A DNA stretch of 64,000 nucleotides from Candidatus Uhrbacteria bacterium (GTDB taxonomy: Bacteria; Patescibacteriota; Patescibacteriia; UBA9934; GWF2-40-263): NCBI GenBank assembly GCA_016188475.1, contig JACPHT010000008.1, positions 34,489-98,488 on the forward strand. The letters run 5' to 3'. Position 1 is the stretch's first letter; each line of letters begins with the position of its first letter. The notes beneath the pieces are model-generated. The model worked only from the letters and a program-made list of their open reading frames with translations, searched no databases and was not told where the DNA came from. This document shows, one piece after another, positions 34,082 through 43,182 of the stretch. A program made the translations under genes and the position numbers.

Positions 34082-36682
34082 ATGGCTGGAAAACTTATCG
34101 TCTTGAGTGACAAGGAAACCGCAACGCTCACAGATGACAGTGGAAGTTCAACTGTTCCGCTGTCTGCAATAGCCACAAGCGATTCAAAAGGTACTCTTCT
34201 TCCAACCGATTGTCGGATTCACATTACCAACGGTCTGGCAAGTGTGTTTGTTATCGAACAACAGCCATGCGTTCGTGATGTGAACTGGAACACAAGTAAA
34301 GATGAATGGAAAAATCTCATCTCTCGCGGAGCAAAATCATTCGCGCAAGTGAAAGGAAACGAAACAAAAACACGGTTCCGTCTCGCCTTTCCATACACAA
34401 TTTTCATTGTTCGAATGGAAGGAATATGTGTTACGAGCATACGCGTTTTCTTCCGTAGCCACACGATCTCAACACCGACTGATTATCTTCAGCAAGCAGG
34501 GCTTCTAAAAGACGACACTCTGGTTGTTGAAGATCAAAAACAGATTCTTCATCATGGCATGACACAAGCCAGTACTGTTAACGTGGCTGTTGAATACTTC
34601 TGGCATCAAACACTCGGAACAGGTGAACTGATCGGAACTGTTCATCCAGACGTTCCTGAAGTGTCAAGTGTTTGGGAATGGGAATCGGCTTCGCGCAAGC
34701 ATCAAGACTGGATTCTCAAAGCACAGTGGGAAAAAACCGATCTCAACTTGAAAACCGCATCGCAAGCAATGTTGCAGTTACCTGATGCGAAAGATGGTGA
34801 AGACCAGACTTTCGCCACAGTCGCCGCGCGAATCCGTCATAGTGTGCCAAACAAGAAAACGCGCGACCACGAATTGATCGAGAGTCCATGTGTTTCCATA
34901 ATGCTTGGAACAACTCGTTTACGACAAGGCGATACGATCGTTTCTAGCAAACGCCAGTTCGGATGCAAAAAAGACAAGCAATACCTTGTGCTTGGATTCT
35001 ACGAACGAACAAGCAAAGGCGTTGTGCACGCAAGACTTGATGGAGTTGCCAATCCTGTTCCGATTGGAACTTCCAAAGGCTTGGTTGATTTCAAGCTCTT
35101 ACAACCTGAACGAGAAGTCGTGAGTGAGATAACGTACAATGGAGTCGTGTTCAAAACAGGAACAAAATTCTGTGTCTCATCAGGCGAAGACATAGGTTTG
35201 TTAGCAACAGACATTGAATACATAATAAAGAAACTCGAGGTTGATTCTGAGGGAGATGCCAGAGTCAAGATTGCTGACTTAAATACTTGGTTCTATATCA
35301 CATACGATGGCGGAAAACTTCTGCCGTCAATATATCAAAACATTCCGAGTCTCAAAGACAATACTTTCACTTTCGGCAAGCAGAAAATGAGTGTTGGGAC
35401 GTTTGTGGAAATCACTGGAAGCGCGGCAAAAGTTCAAGACACTCTTCTCCGAGTTGCTTCGATCGCTCAAGAGCGCGAAGCATACATTGCCACGTTTGAA
35501 GGACATGAAGAAAAAATCACCATTTACAAAAATGGTGAGCGTCAAATCGATTGGAACACAGTAACATACGAATTCTCGGACAAGCGAGTTGTGCTTGGCA
35601 ACAAAGTTCTGGATCTGACTGATTGCGAATCTATGCTTATAACAATATCAGAAGATTCTCAAGAAGTCGGAAAAATGCACAAAGTGAAAGGCCTTGTTCA
35701 TCCAACAGATGGACACAGGTTTGATGTGAACCTCGTTGTTGACGATAAGCAGATCCCAGTGATCAAACATTCAAACTGGGTCTTCAGAATCAAGCACGAA
35801 CAAGTATCTGACAGATATGATGATGGAGCTTTGACTCTGCAATCAGGTGAAGTCCTCATATGCGTGGATACAATCACTGGTCTGACCAAGGACGAGGAGC
35901 TGACTATTCTGTGTTTTGGCAAAAACAAAACAACCAAAGATCTCACTGACATCATTTTCTCTGATGGACGAGCGATAAACATGACTCAAGCGTCTCTCAA
36001 GCTATTCTCTCGCAAAGATGGGAAGCCGTGGAGTGAGAAAAAAATTGCAAAACTCCCGCAAGGTTCTCCTCCAACGACTCGAGTGCAACAAGGTGAACGC
36101 TGTAGAGTAACGACTAATAACATCAACGGTGAAATCGGAACTGTAACTGACAAATCGTACGACGATAGGTTTGTAAAATTCGACAATCCTCAACCAAACG
36201 GTCGTGGACCGACAATTACAGAAGGCTGGTTTCTGTATAAATACCTTGAACGTCTTGATAAGTCCAAAGTCACATGGTGTTTCTCCAAAAATGCTAGAGT
36301 TGAAAAACGAAGCGATGGGACTTTAATCCAACTTCCAACAGAGCTGATAATAGAGCTCACAACCATTCAACGAATACCCACAAAACTGACGGATTTGTTT
36401 GGGAACTCTTTGTCTGTTGGCGACATCGTCGTGCCAATTTATCAAGGATTCACTAAAGAATGTCCTAGACGAGTAATCGGAATTCCGATGCTAGTCGTTC
36501 ACTACAGTTCAAGCGGTTCTCCATTCTTGTTTCTCTGGGCTGGATCTACACACAAACCTGGAGTGTTAAGCCGCGACTGTCGTGATTTCAATACAATAAC
36601 AATAGCCTTCAAAGATCGTCTTAACGAACTCTACGTCAACCCGCCGAAAGATTGTGAAAAAATCACTTTCATCGAAGCCTAA
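34082..36682 (+). CDS. Large hypothetical protein B (~866 aa from ATG 34082). The track start 33962 lies upstream of the promoter and is rejected.
   Basis: Paralog of A. Confidence 0.6.
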   Translation: MAGKLIVLSDKETATLTDDSGSSTVPLSAIATSDSKGTLLPTDCRIHITNGLASVFVIEQQPCVRDVNWNTSKDEWKNLISRGAKSFAQVKGNETKTRFRLAFPYTIFIVRMEGICVTSIRVFFRSHTISTPTDYLQQAGLLKDDTLVVEDQKQILHHGMTQASTVNVAVEYFWHQTLGTGELIGTVHPDVPEVSSVWEWESASRKHQDWILKAQWEKTDLNLKTASQAMLQLPDAKDGEDQTFATVAARIRHSVPNKKTRDHELIESPCVSIMLGTTRLRQGDTIVSSKRQFGCKKDKQYLVLGFYERTSKGVVHARLDGVANPVPIGTSKGLVDFKLLQPEREVVSEITYNGVVFKTGTKFCVSSGEDIGLLATDIEYIIKKLEVDSEGDARVKIADLNTWFYITYDGGKLLPSIYQNIPSLKDNTFTFGKQKMSVGTFVEITGSAAKVQDTLLRVASIAQEREAYIATFEGHEEKITIYKNGERQIDWNTVTYEFSDKRVVLGNKVLDLTDCESMLITISEDSQEVGKMHKVKGLVHPTDGHRFDVNLVVDDKQIPVIKHSNWVFRIKHEQVSDRYDDGALTLQSGEVLICVDTITGLTKDEELTILCFGKNKTTKDLTDIIFSDGRAINMTQASLKLFSRKDGKPWSEKKIAKLPQGSPPTTRVQQGERCRVTTNNINGEIGTVTDKSYDDRFVKFDNPQPNGRGPTITEGWFLYKYLERLDKSKVTWCFSKNARVEKRSDGTLIQLPTELIIELTTIQRIPTKLTDLFGNSLSVGDIVVPIYQGFTKECPRRVIGIPMLVVHYSSSGSPFLFLWAGSTHKPGVLSRDCRDFNTITIAFKDRLNELYVNPPKDCEKITFIEA

Positions 36683-36694
36683 CCATTCTTTCTT

Positions 36695-36730
36695 ATCGCC
36701 GTCGTGCACCAGCACCGGCGATTTTTTATT
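36695..36730 (+). terminator. Intrinsic terminator atcgccg-...-cggcgat + T6
   Basis: Seen directly. End of the island. Confidence 0.65.
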
Positions 36731-36750
36731 TCTAACTATAGAAGGATGTG

Positions 36751-36800
36751 AAGATTATTGCCTGAGCCTGTCGAAGGCTGTAACTCGTCTTCGCTCGAAA
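36751..36800. repeat. Half copy of the ATTGCCTGAGCCTGTCGAAGGC repeat family plus a tcttcgctcgaaatt motif, abutting the island's 3' end
   Basis: Seen directly. Confidence 0.7.
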
Positions 36801-36838
36801 TTACAGAAGTAGAGCAAGTCGAGAGACCTCCTTATCTT

Positions 36839-39028
36839 CTATATCTTCATCTTTTTTAGTCTGAGCGAATTCAACACAACTGAAATTGACGAAAACGCCA
36901 TCGCGGCTGAAGCGATAACTGGATTTAATAATCCAAGCGCGGCAAGTGGAATACCAATCACGTTATAAATAAACGCCCAAAATAAATTTTGTTTGATTGT
37001 TCTGTTTGTGCGACGCGAAATTTCGATTGCTTGAATAACTTTTTCTGGTCCGCCGCCAACAAGAACAATTTGTCCTGCTTCAATCGCAATATCCGTTCCA
37101 CTTCCAACCGCGATTCCAAGATCAGCTTGAGTGAGCGCTGGCGCATCATTGATTCCATCTCCAACAAAAGCGACTTTCTGTCCTTTGTTTTGCGCGTCTT
37201 TCACAATCTCGAGTTTTTGATCAGGAAACACTTGCGATCGAACATCTTCAATTCCAAGTTGTCGCGCGATCGCTTCGGCTGTTTGTTTTTGATCGCCGGT
37301 AATCATCACAACACCGATTCCTTTTTGTTTAAGTCTTTCAATCGTTTCTTTCGCGTTTGGTTTCACAGCATCAGCAATTCCAATCACGCCAATCGCCTGC
37401 AAGTCTCGTGCAACAATTACAACTGTCTTCCCTTCTTCGGAAAGTTTTGAAATTGTTTGATGTAAAATCGGTGATACGACGACACCAAGCTCATCCATCC
37501 ACCTTGATTGACCAACGCGAATCATTGTTTCACCAACACGAGCTTCTATTCCTTTTCCTGTTACAGAACGAAAATCTTTCACCGTTTCAATGGAAATTTT
37601 TTCATCGTTCGCTTTCATAACAACCGCGTGCGCAAGCGGATGTTCAGAAAGCGATTCAACCCCTGCCGCAACACGCAAAACCTCTTGCTCATTTTGACCT
37701 TCTATCGCAACAAGATCCGTAACAACTGGTTTCCCAATTGTGAGCGTTCCTGTTTTATCAAACATGACGACATTTAGTGTTCGACCACGCTCAAGAGCTT
37801 CCCCACTTTTAATCAGAATTCCCATTTGAGCTCCGCGACCGGTTCCAACCAAAATCGCGGTCGGAGTAGCAAGACCAAGCGCACACGGACACGCGATCAC
37901 GAGCACTGCCACAGCCGCGATAAGCGACATCGCAATACCACCGGTTACAAAGAACCAAATTATGAAAGTTAAAATCGCTATTCCAATCACTGCCTGAACA
38001 AACACCGCTGACACACGATCAACAAGTTTTTGAATTGGAGCTTTTTTCTGCTGTGCCTCTTTCACAAGCCTGACAATCTGCGCGAGAACCGTGTCACTGC
38101 TTTCTTTTTCAACCTCAACTGTCAAAGCGCCTTGTTGATTCAGTGTCGCGCCGTAAACAAGATCGCCTACTTTTTTTGAAACAGGCAAACTCTCGCCTGT
38201 TAGCATTGATTCATCAACTGACGAAGCGCCGTCTTTAATTGTTCCATCAATAGGAATCTTCTCGCCAGGCTTCACAAGAACAATATCGCCTTTTTTGAGC
38301 GACTCAATCGGAACGTCTTCTGTACTTCCATCCAACGATCGCTTATGCGCAAATTTTGCCCCAAGTTCGAGCAATTTTTGAATCGCGGCGCTTGCCTGAC
38401 CTTTACTTCTGGCTTCCAAATATCGTCCAATCAAAATAAAGGCAGTTATGATCGCAGCGGTTTCAAAATACTTTGGCTGATTTACCGCAAATGCCCACCA
38501 ACTCAATGCGAGAGCGGCGAGCGTTCCAAGCGAAATGAGAGAATCCATGCTAGCGGTTTTGCGCAACATTTGTTGAAAAGCCGCCTTGTGAAAAACCATT
38601 CCGGTTCCAAGAACAACATAAGTTCCGCCGATTGCTTCAATCCAATTTGAAATCTGTTCGCCGAAAATTTCAGGTCCAAATTTCAAACGCGCTGTTGCGA
38701 TTATCAAAACCGGTAACGCAACAACACTCGCTACAATAGCTCGAGTCAATACTTCTTTTTCTGATCCATGCGCGTGCTGTTCATGCTGTTCACCATGTTC
38801 TTCATGTTCCATGTGTTGTTCCATTTGTCGAACACGGTAACCTTCTTTTTGCACGATTTGATGAAGCGCGTGTTCTTGCACTTTCTCTGGATCAAACTCA
38901 ATTGTTGCTTCAGCAAGCGCATAATTCACATTCGCGCTTTGCACGCCTTCTGTTTTTTTGAACGCGGCTTCGATTCGAATCGCGCACGACGCGCAGTGCA
39001 TTCCGTCAATGTTGAATGTTGATTTCAT
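36839..39028 (-). CDS. copA: Copper-translocating P-type ATPase. The ORF track gives 39040 with a TTG start.
   Basis: N-terminal [15 protein letters not shown]. His-rich segment. [18 protein letters not shown]. Confidence 0.9.
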   Translation of the reverse strand: MKSTFNIDGMHCASCAIRIEAAFKKTEGVQSANVNYALAEATIEFDPEKVQEHALHQIVQKEGYRVRQMEQHMEHEEHGEQHEQHAHGSEKEVLTRAIVASVVALPVLIIATARLKFGPEIFGEQISNWIEAIGGTYVVLGTGMVFHKAAFQQMLRKTASMDSLISLGTLAALALSWWAFAVNQPKYFETAAIITAFILIGRYLEARSKGQASAAIQKLLELGAKFAHKRSLDGSTEDVPIESLKKGDIVLVKPGEKIPIDGTIKDGASSVDESMLTGESLPVSKKVGDLVYGATLNQQGALTVEVEKESSDTVLAQIVRLVKEAQQKKAPIQKLVDRVSAVFVQAVIGIAILTFIIWFFVTGGIAMSLIAAVAVLVIACPCALGLATPTAILVGTGRGAQMGILIKSGEALERGRTLNVVMFDKTGTLTIGKPVVTDLVAIEGQNEQEVLRVAAGVESLSEHPLAHAVVMKANDEKISIETVKDFRSVTGKGIEARVGETMIRVGQSRWMDELGVVVSPILHQTISKLSEEGKTVVIVARDLQAIGVIGIADAVKPNAKETIERLKQKGIGVVMITGDQKQTAEAIARQLGIEDVRSQVFPDQKLEIVKDAQNKGQKVAFVGDGINDAPALTQADLGIAVGSGTDIAIEAGQIVLVGGGPEKVIQAIEISRRTNRTIKQNLFWAFIYNVIGIPLAALGLLNPVIASAAMAFSSISVVLNSLRLKKMKI

Positions 39029-39047
39029 AAAAATAGTCAATGAAGTC

Positions 39048-39230
39048 TATGGACACCACATTACGAAACCGCACTTAGAAGGATGAAAAATGAGTAAGAT
39101 ACGAAGTTTTGGAGCGTGGAAAAATTTGAGCCGTATCCATAGATACGGTGAGAAATTTTCCACGCGAAAAACAAGCAGATTACCATTTTTCATTCTTTAT
39201 GGAGTGCGGAGTCATAATGTGATGTCCATA
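39048..39230. repeat. ~185-bp element with ~45-bp imperfect terminal inverted repeats (tatggacaccacattacgaaaccgcacttagaaggatgaaaaatg / inverted) around a conserved structured core at 39103-39174
   Basis: Core shared with 46352-46425, with compensatory changes in two stems. Confidence 0.7.
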
Positions 39231-39279
39231 AGTAGTCAATGGAGTCAAGTAAGTAAAATGGGTAAATGAGGAAAACAAA

Positions 39280-39648
39280 TTATTTATACTTTGATAATTC
39301 AATCAGATGAGCGTTGATACCAGCCAGCAATCCGTTATATCTATAAGTCAGACGTTCCAATTCTTCAGAAGATAAATAATTTAATCTTGATGAAGTAAAT
39401 AAAAGGGATACCACTTCATGGATTGATCCTCGCGCGATTATATAGAAACGGATGAATTCCTTAATCCCACCCCTTCCCATACCCTCCGCGATATTTTATG
39501 GAACAGATACTGCTGCACGACGTATTTGTGAAGTTAATCCATATATTTCTTCTTTTGGAAAAGAAGAAGTTATATTGTACACCTCTTCAACCAAACTCTG
39601 TGCCTCATTCCAAGTTCGTAATTCATGAAACGATCTTATTTTTTCCAT
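39280..39648 (-). pseudogene. Four-helix-bundle protein (23S rRNA IVS protein family) with an in-frame TAA (39496-39498) where the family has a conserved Ser (AAVS(I/V)P-S-NIAEG)
   Basis: Translation MEKIRSFHELRTWNEAQSLVEEVYNITSSFPKEEIYGLTSQIRRAAVSVP*NIAEGMGRGGIKEFIRFYIIARGSIHEV... stays in the same frame across the stop. Confidence 0.5.
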
Positions 39649-39655
39649 ATTCGAT

Positions 39656-39735
39656 TCAACGACTCCAACCTTATTGACTCCATCGACTCAATTGACTTAA
39701 TTGACTATATTGACTCCATCGACTCAATTGACTTT
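39656..39735. repeat. TTGACT octamer array
   Basis: ttgactccatcgactcaattgacttaattgactatattgactccatcgactcaattgact. Confidence 0.6.
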
Positions 39736-39741
39736 TTCCCA

Positions 39742-41088
39742 TTAACTTCTCGGCACGACAATCAGCGTCCCACGTACCATGCCCATTGAACAACTGAACA
39801 CAAATCTTCCTGTTTTTGTCGGTGTAAACTTTACAGTGTTAAGCCCTGCATGCAAAGACGCACGAACACCAAAATCTCGCTGAACAAGCGAGCTTGCGCA
39901 ACCCATTGACTTTGAACCGTAAATCTCCCAATCAACTGGCACGCCTTCCTCAACAGTAAGTATGCTTGGTTCGTATGTAATATCTGGCGTAACTTCCATC
40001 TGAATAACTTGACGACCATTTTTCAAAACAATTTGATTTTTCGGAGAATCAGCAAGCAAATGTCTTGGGTGCGAAGTCCATCCCAAAAGCGTTGCGCCGT
40101 TTTGCAAATTACTGATTCCAAGTACAACAACTATTGCTCCGGCAACACGCGTGATACGCGACAAAGTAATACCTTTTGTTTTTGATGTGACATATCCAAC
40201 ACTTAACAATACAGGCGCAGTGCCGAGCGCGAACATTGTCATCACGATCGCGGAACGAATCGGATCACCAAGCGAAAGCGCATACAACTGCATTGACTGT
40301 GTAAAACCGCAAGGCAAGAAAAACGTGAGTGCTCCGAGTGCAAATGGAACAATGGGACCGCGCGAATCTTGAAGATCATGAATTTTATGCGCGATCCATT
40401 TTGGCAGCGTGAGAGAAATTGTTTTTGGCATGATCCCAAGCAGATGTAAACCAAGACTAACCATCACAATCGCGATCAAAAAAACAAATAATCCGTTTAA
40501 CGTTGATGAAAACTGCAAAACGGAACCGATCCAACCGACTATCACGCCAAAAAAAGCAAAACCTGCAACACGACCTAGATTAAAAAGCGCGTGCGGTCGA
40601 AAACGATCAACAACGGAATTGTTCGCTTCTTTTTGTGCTGATGAAACTGAAACCGCAGTCAAAAGCCCGATAACAACTGCTGTACAAGACGAAACAGAAG
40701 CAACAAGCCCGATCGCAAAAATCGCGATGAGTCCTCCTCCAAATTCAACATTTGGCGAAAAAGTAAACAAACCAAATCGCTTAAAAATGAGATAAACAGC
40801 CAAAAGCAAAATCAGTGCTCCTCCGATGTGTTTCCAATCGCGAGTTTGTGGATGAACATTTTCTGTGTTGAATTTAGAAACAGTATATCCATGCGAAAGC
40901 AAACGCTCTTTCAGAGATTGTTCAAGTTCAGATTGGTTGACGGACGAATCAACTGACAGGGTAAGCTCTTTTCTTGAATGTGAAGCCTGCGCGTCCTGCA
41001 CTCCTTTCAAAGTTTTAGCTTCACGTTCAATAATAATTTCACAACTTTCACAGTTCGTTCCATTAAGACGATATGAACATTTTTGCAT
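39742..41088 (-). CDS. Metal-handling membrane protein: N-terminal HMA-like CxxC domain, DsbD/CcdA-like TM core, C-terminal cupredoxin-like domain
   Basis: NGTNCESCEII. About 8 TM. C-terminal beta-rich domain with Cys/Met. Confidence 0.45.
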   Translation of the reverse strand: MQKCSYRLNGTNCESCEIIIEREAKTLKGVQDAQASHSRKELTLSVDSSVNQSELEQSLKERLLSHGYTVSKFNTENVHPQTRDWKHIGGALILLLAVYLIFKRFGLFTFSPNVEFGGGLIAIFAIGLVASVSSCTAVVIGLLTAVSVSSAQKEANNSVVDRFRPHALFNLGRVAGFAFFGVIVGWIGSVLQFSSTLNGLFVFLIAIVMVSLGLHLLGIMPKTISLTLPKWIAHKIHDLQDSRGPIVPFALGALTFFLPCGFTQSMQLYALSLGDPIRSAIVMTMFALGTAPVLLSVGYVTSKTKGITLSRITRVAGAIVVVLGISNLQNGATLLGWTSHPRHLLADSPKNQIVLKNGRQVIQMEVTPDITYEPSILTVEEGVPVDWEIYGSKSMGCASSLVQRDFGVRASLHAGLNTVKFTPTKTGRFVFSCSMGMVRGTLIVVPRS

Positions 41089-41144
41089 ATTGCGTTAAAA
41101 CAAAAAATCTGCTATGGTCATACCATCTTAATGCTTTTAAGACT

Positions 41145-41525
41145 ATGACGCAAACGGCTCGCATAACAGCTTACACTGTCCTCATATCCATTTCCGTGGC
41201 TTTGTTTGGAAATGGAATGATAATTCATGAGGCAAAAGCAAGCGCGATGGATCATTCAAGCGCGATGAACACGTCGTCAAACACACTGTGTCAAGCTACA
41301 AGTTGTGTTCAAAAACATTTCACTTGCGAAAATCATTGCGTTTCCTTACCGATAATTCCAGAACAACAAACAGCAACAATCTCAACTCAAATAAATTTTC
41401 AACAGGCGGATATTTCATCAGCACCAACTATTTTAATTCGAGGTCCGACAAAAAATAAACCGCAACAAATTTTAAAAACATCTTCCGCGATTTCACAAAT
41501 TAGAACAGTGATCAAACGTGAATAA
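41145..41525 (+). CDS. Secreted/membrane hypothetical protein
   Basis: Signal/TM only. Confidence 0.35.
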   Translation: MTQTARITAYTVLISISVALFGNGMIIHEAKASAMDHSSAMNTSSNTLCQATSCVQKHFTCENHCVSLPIIPEQQTATISTQINFQQADISSAPTILIRGPTKNKPQQILKTSSAISQIRTVIKRE

Positions 41526-42096
41526 ATGCGAAATGCCAACCGATAAAACGACTGTGTTTCGTATTTTTAATTTGATCACTATGAAAAATAATCAAACAGG
41601 AACGATTGTTCTTGGAATCGCGGCTGGAGCGCTTGTCTTTCTTGGTCTGAAAGCTGTCACATCACAACCTGAACAAGCACAAGACAACACACCAAAAGGC
41701 GTTGGAACAATTGAATTCTCAGAAACCAATTGGGAGTTGGGAGAAATTCCAATGTCAAAAGGCGTAAACACAAAAGAAATAAAAATCAAAAATCCGACAG
41801 AATTTCCAGTGCAAATCACTGGCATGCAAACTTCCTGTATGTGCACAAGCGCTCAAATTGTCCATGCAAACGGAAAGAAAAGCGCGGTTAAAGGAATGGT
41901 TGGGCATGGCGGCGGAACAGCAACAATGCTTGAAACGATCAATGCTGGCGAAGAAGTAACTCTGCTTGTGAATTTCGATCCAAACGCTCATGGGCCAGAC
42001 GCAACAGGCCCTATCACGCGAGATGTATCAATCACAACAAACAATCCTGAAAAATCAGATTGGGATTTAACGTTCGGCGGTATTGTTATTAAATAA
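41518..42096 (+). CDS. DUF1573-like secreted protein
   Basis: SCMCTSA block and Ig-like pattern. Paralog at 43954. Confidence 0.45.
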   Translation: MNKCEMPTDKTTVFRIFNLITMKNNQTGTIVLGIAAGALVFLGLKAVTSQPEQAQDNTPKGVGTIEFSETNWELGEIPMSKGVNTKEIKIKNPTEFPVQITGMQTSCMCTSAQIVHANGKKSAVKGMVGHGGGTATMLETINAGEEVTLLVNFDPNAHGPDATGPITRDVSITTNNPEKSDWDLTFGGIVIK

Positions 42097-42110
42097 CACT
42101 TCACAAAAAT

Positions 42111-42359
42111 ATGGACACTCCTGAAACACAAAAAACATTTACGATTCGAATTCCGAAATTGAAAATTCCATCTCTTCAGTCTTGGACACTTATTCTATTG
42201 ATCATTGTTGGGCTTTTGCAAACAACTCAATTGTTAGCGCTCGATCAAAAACTCACAAAATCTTCATCAAACACTGCTTCTGCAGCTTCTTCTGCCTCTC
42301 CAACTTCTTCCTCTTCCTCCACAACTTCTTCCCTGCCTGGAATGGTTGGCGGATGTTAA
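42111..42359 (+). CDS. Small Ser-rich membrane protein, hypothetical
   Basis: ORF only. Confidence 0.3.
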   Translation: MDTPETQKTFTIRIPKLKIPSLQSWTLILLIIVGLLQTTQLLALDQKLTKSSSNTASAASSASPTSSSSSTTSSLPGMVGGC

Positions 42360-42368
42360 TCAAAATCT

Positions 42369-43181
42369 ATGGAACTCTCAAAAAATCAAACATACGGCGG
42401 CTATGTTCTGTTGTTTTTGATTTTGGCAACAGGATCACTTATCGCATTTAACATGCTGATGACTCTGTCCTCGCGCGATTCAAATGCAAAAGAACTGGCA
42501 CGTTCTGCGGAAATCGAAATTACTTCCATAGCGGCTGTCGGATGCGATTCGTGCGTTGACATCAACGCGATCATTGATGCTGTAAAAAAACAACCTGTTC
42601 AAGTCAATAAAGAGGAACAATTCACAATGGATTCCGAGGAAGGAAAAAAGTTGGTTGAAACTTATCAAATAACTCGCGCACCAGCTTTACTCATAAAAGG
42701 TGAGATAGAAAAAGAAAATGTTCGAGAATTTTTCGGAACATACGGACGAAAATCAGAAGACGGAACACTTATTATTGAACCAAAACAGCCGATCTATTTT
42801 GATCTTGCCGAAAACAAAATCGTCGGTGAGATTTCACTTACAACTATTTCTGATTCAGAATGCTCTGAGTGTTACGATCCGGCGATTCATCAATCAATCC
42901 TAAAAAATAATTTCGGTGTTACAATTACTAAAACGGAAGCGCTAGACGCGAATTCCGGTCAAGGAAAAACTTATGTGCAACGCTATGCAATCAAAGAACT
43001 CCCAGCGTTCTTGCTGTCAGGAGATGTCACATCCTACGACGCACTCGTCAAAGTCTGGGAACAAGTCGGAACAATCGAACAAGACGGAACATTCGTCTTC
43101 CGCGGCAACGAAAAGCTTAGTGGATTGGTTTACAAAGATCTTTCGACCGGGAAAATAGTAAAACCTGAGACAACAGAATGA
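42369..43181 (+). CDS. Secreted protein with two thioredoxin-like CxxC modules (CDSC, CSEC)
   Basis: N-terminal TM. CxxC motifs. Confidence 0.45.
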   Translation: MELSKNQTYGGYVLLFLILATGSLIAFNMLMTLSSRDSNAKELARSAEIEITSIAAVGCDSCVDINAIIDAVKKQPVQVNKEEQFTMDSEEGKKLVETYQITRAPALLIKGEIEKENVREFFGTYGRKSEDGTLIIEPKQPIYFDLAENKIVGEISLTTISDSECSECYDPAIHQSILKNNFGVTITKTEALDANSGQGKTYVQRYAIKELPAFLLSGDVTSYDALVKVWEQVGTIEQDGTFVFRGNEKLSGLVYKDLSTGKIVKPETTE

Positions 43182-43182
43182 T

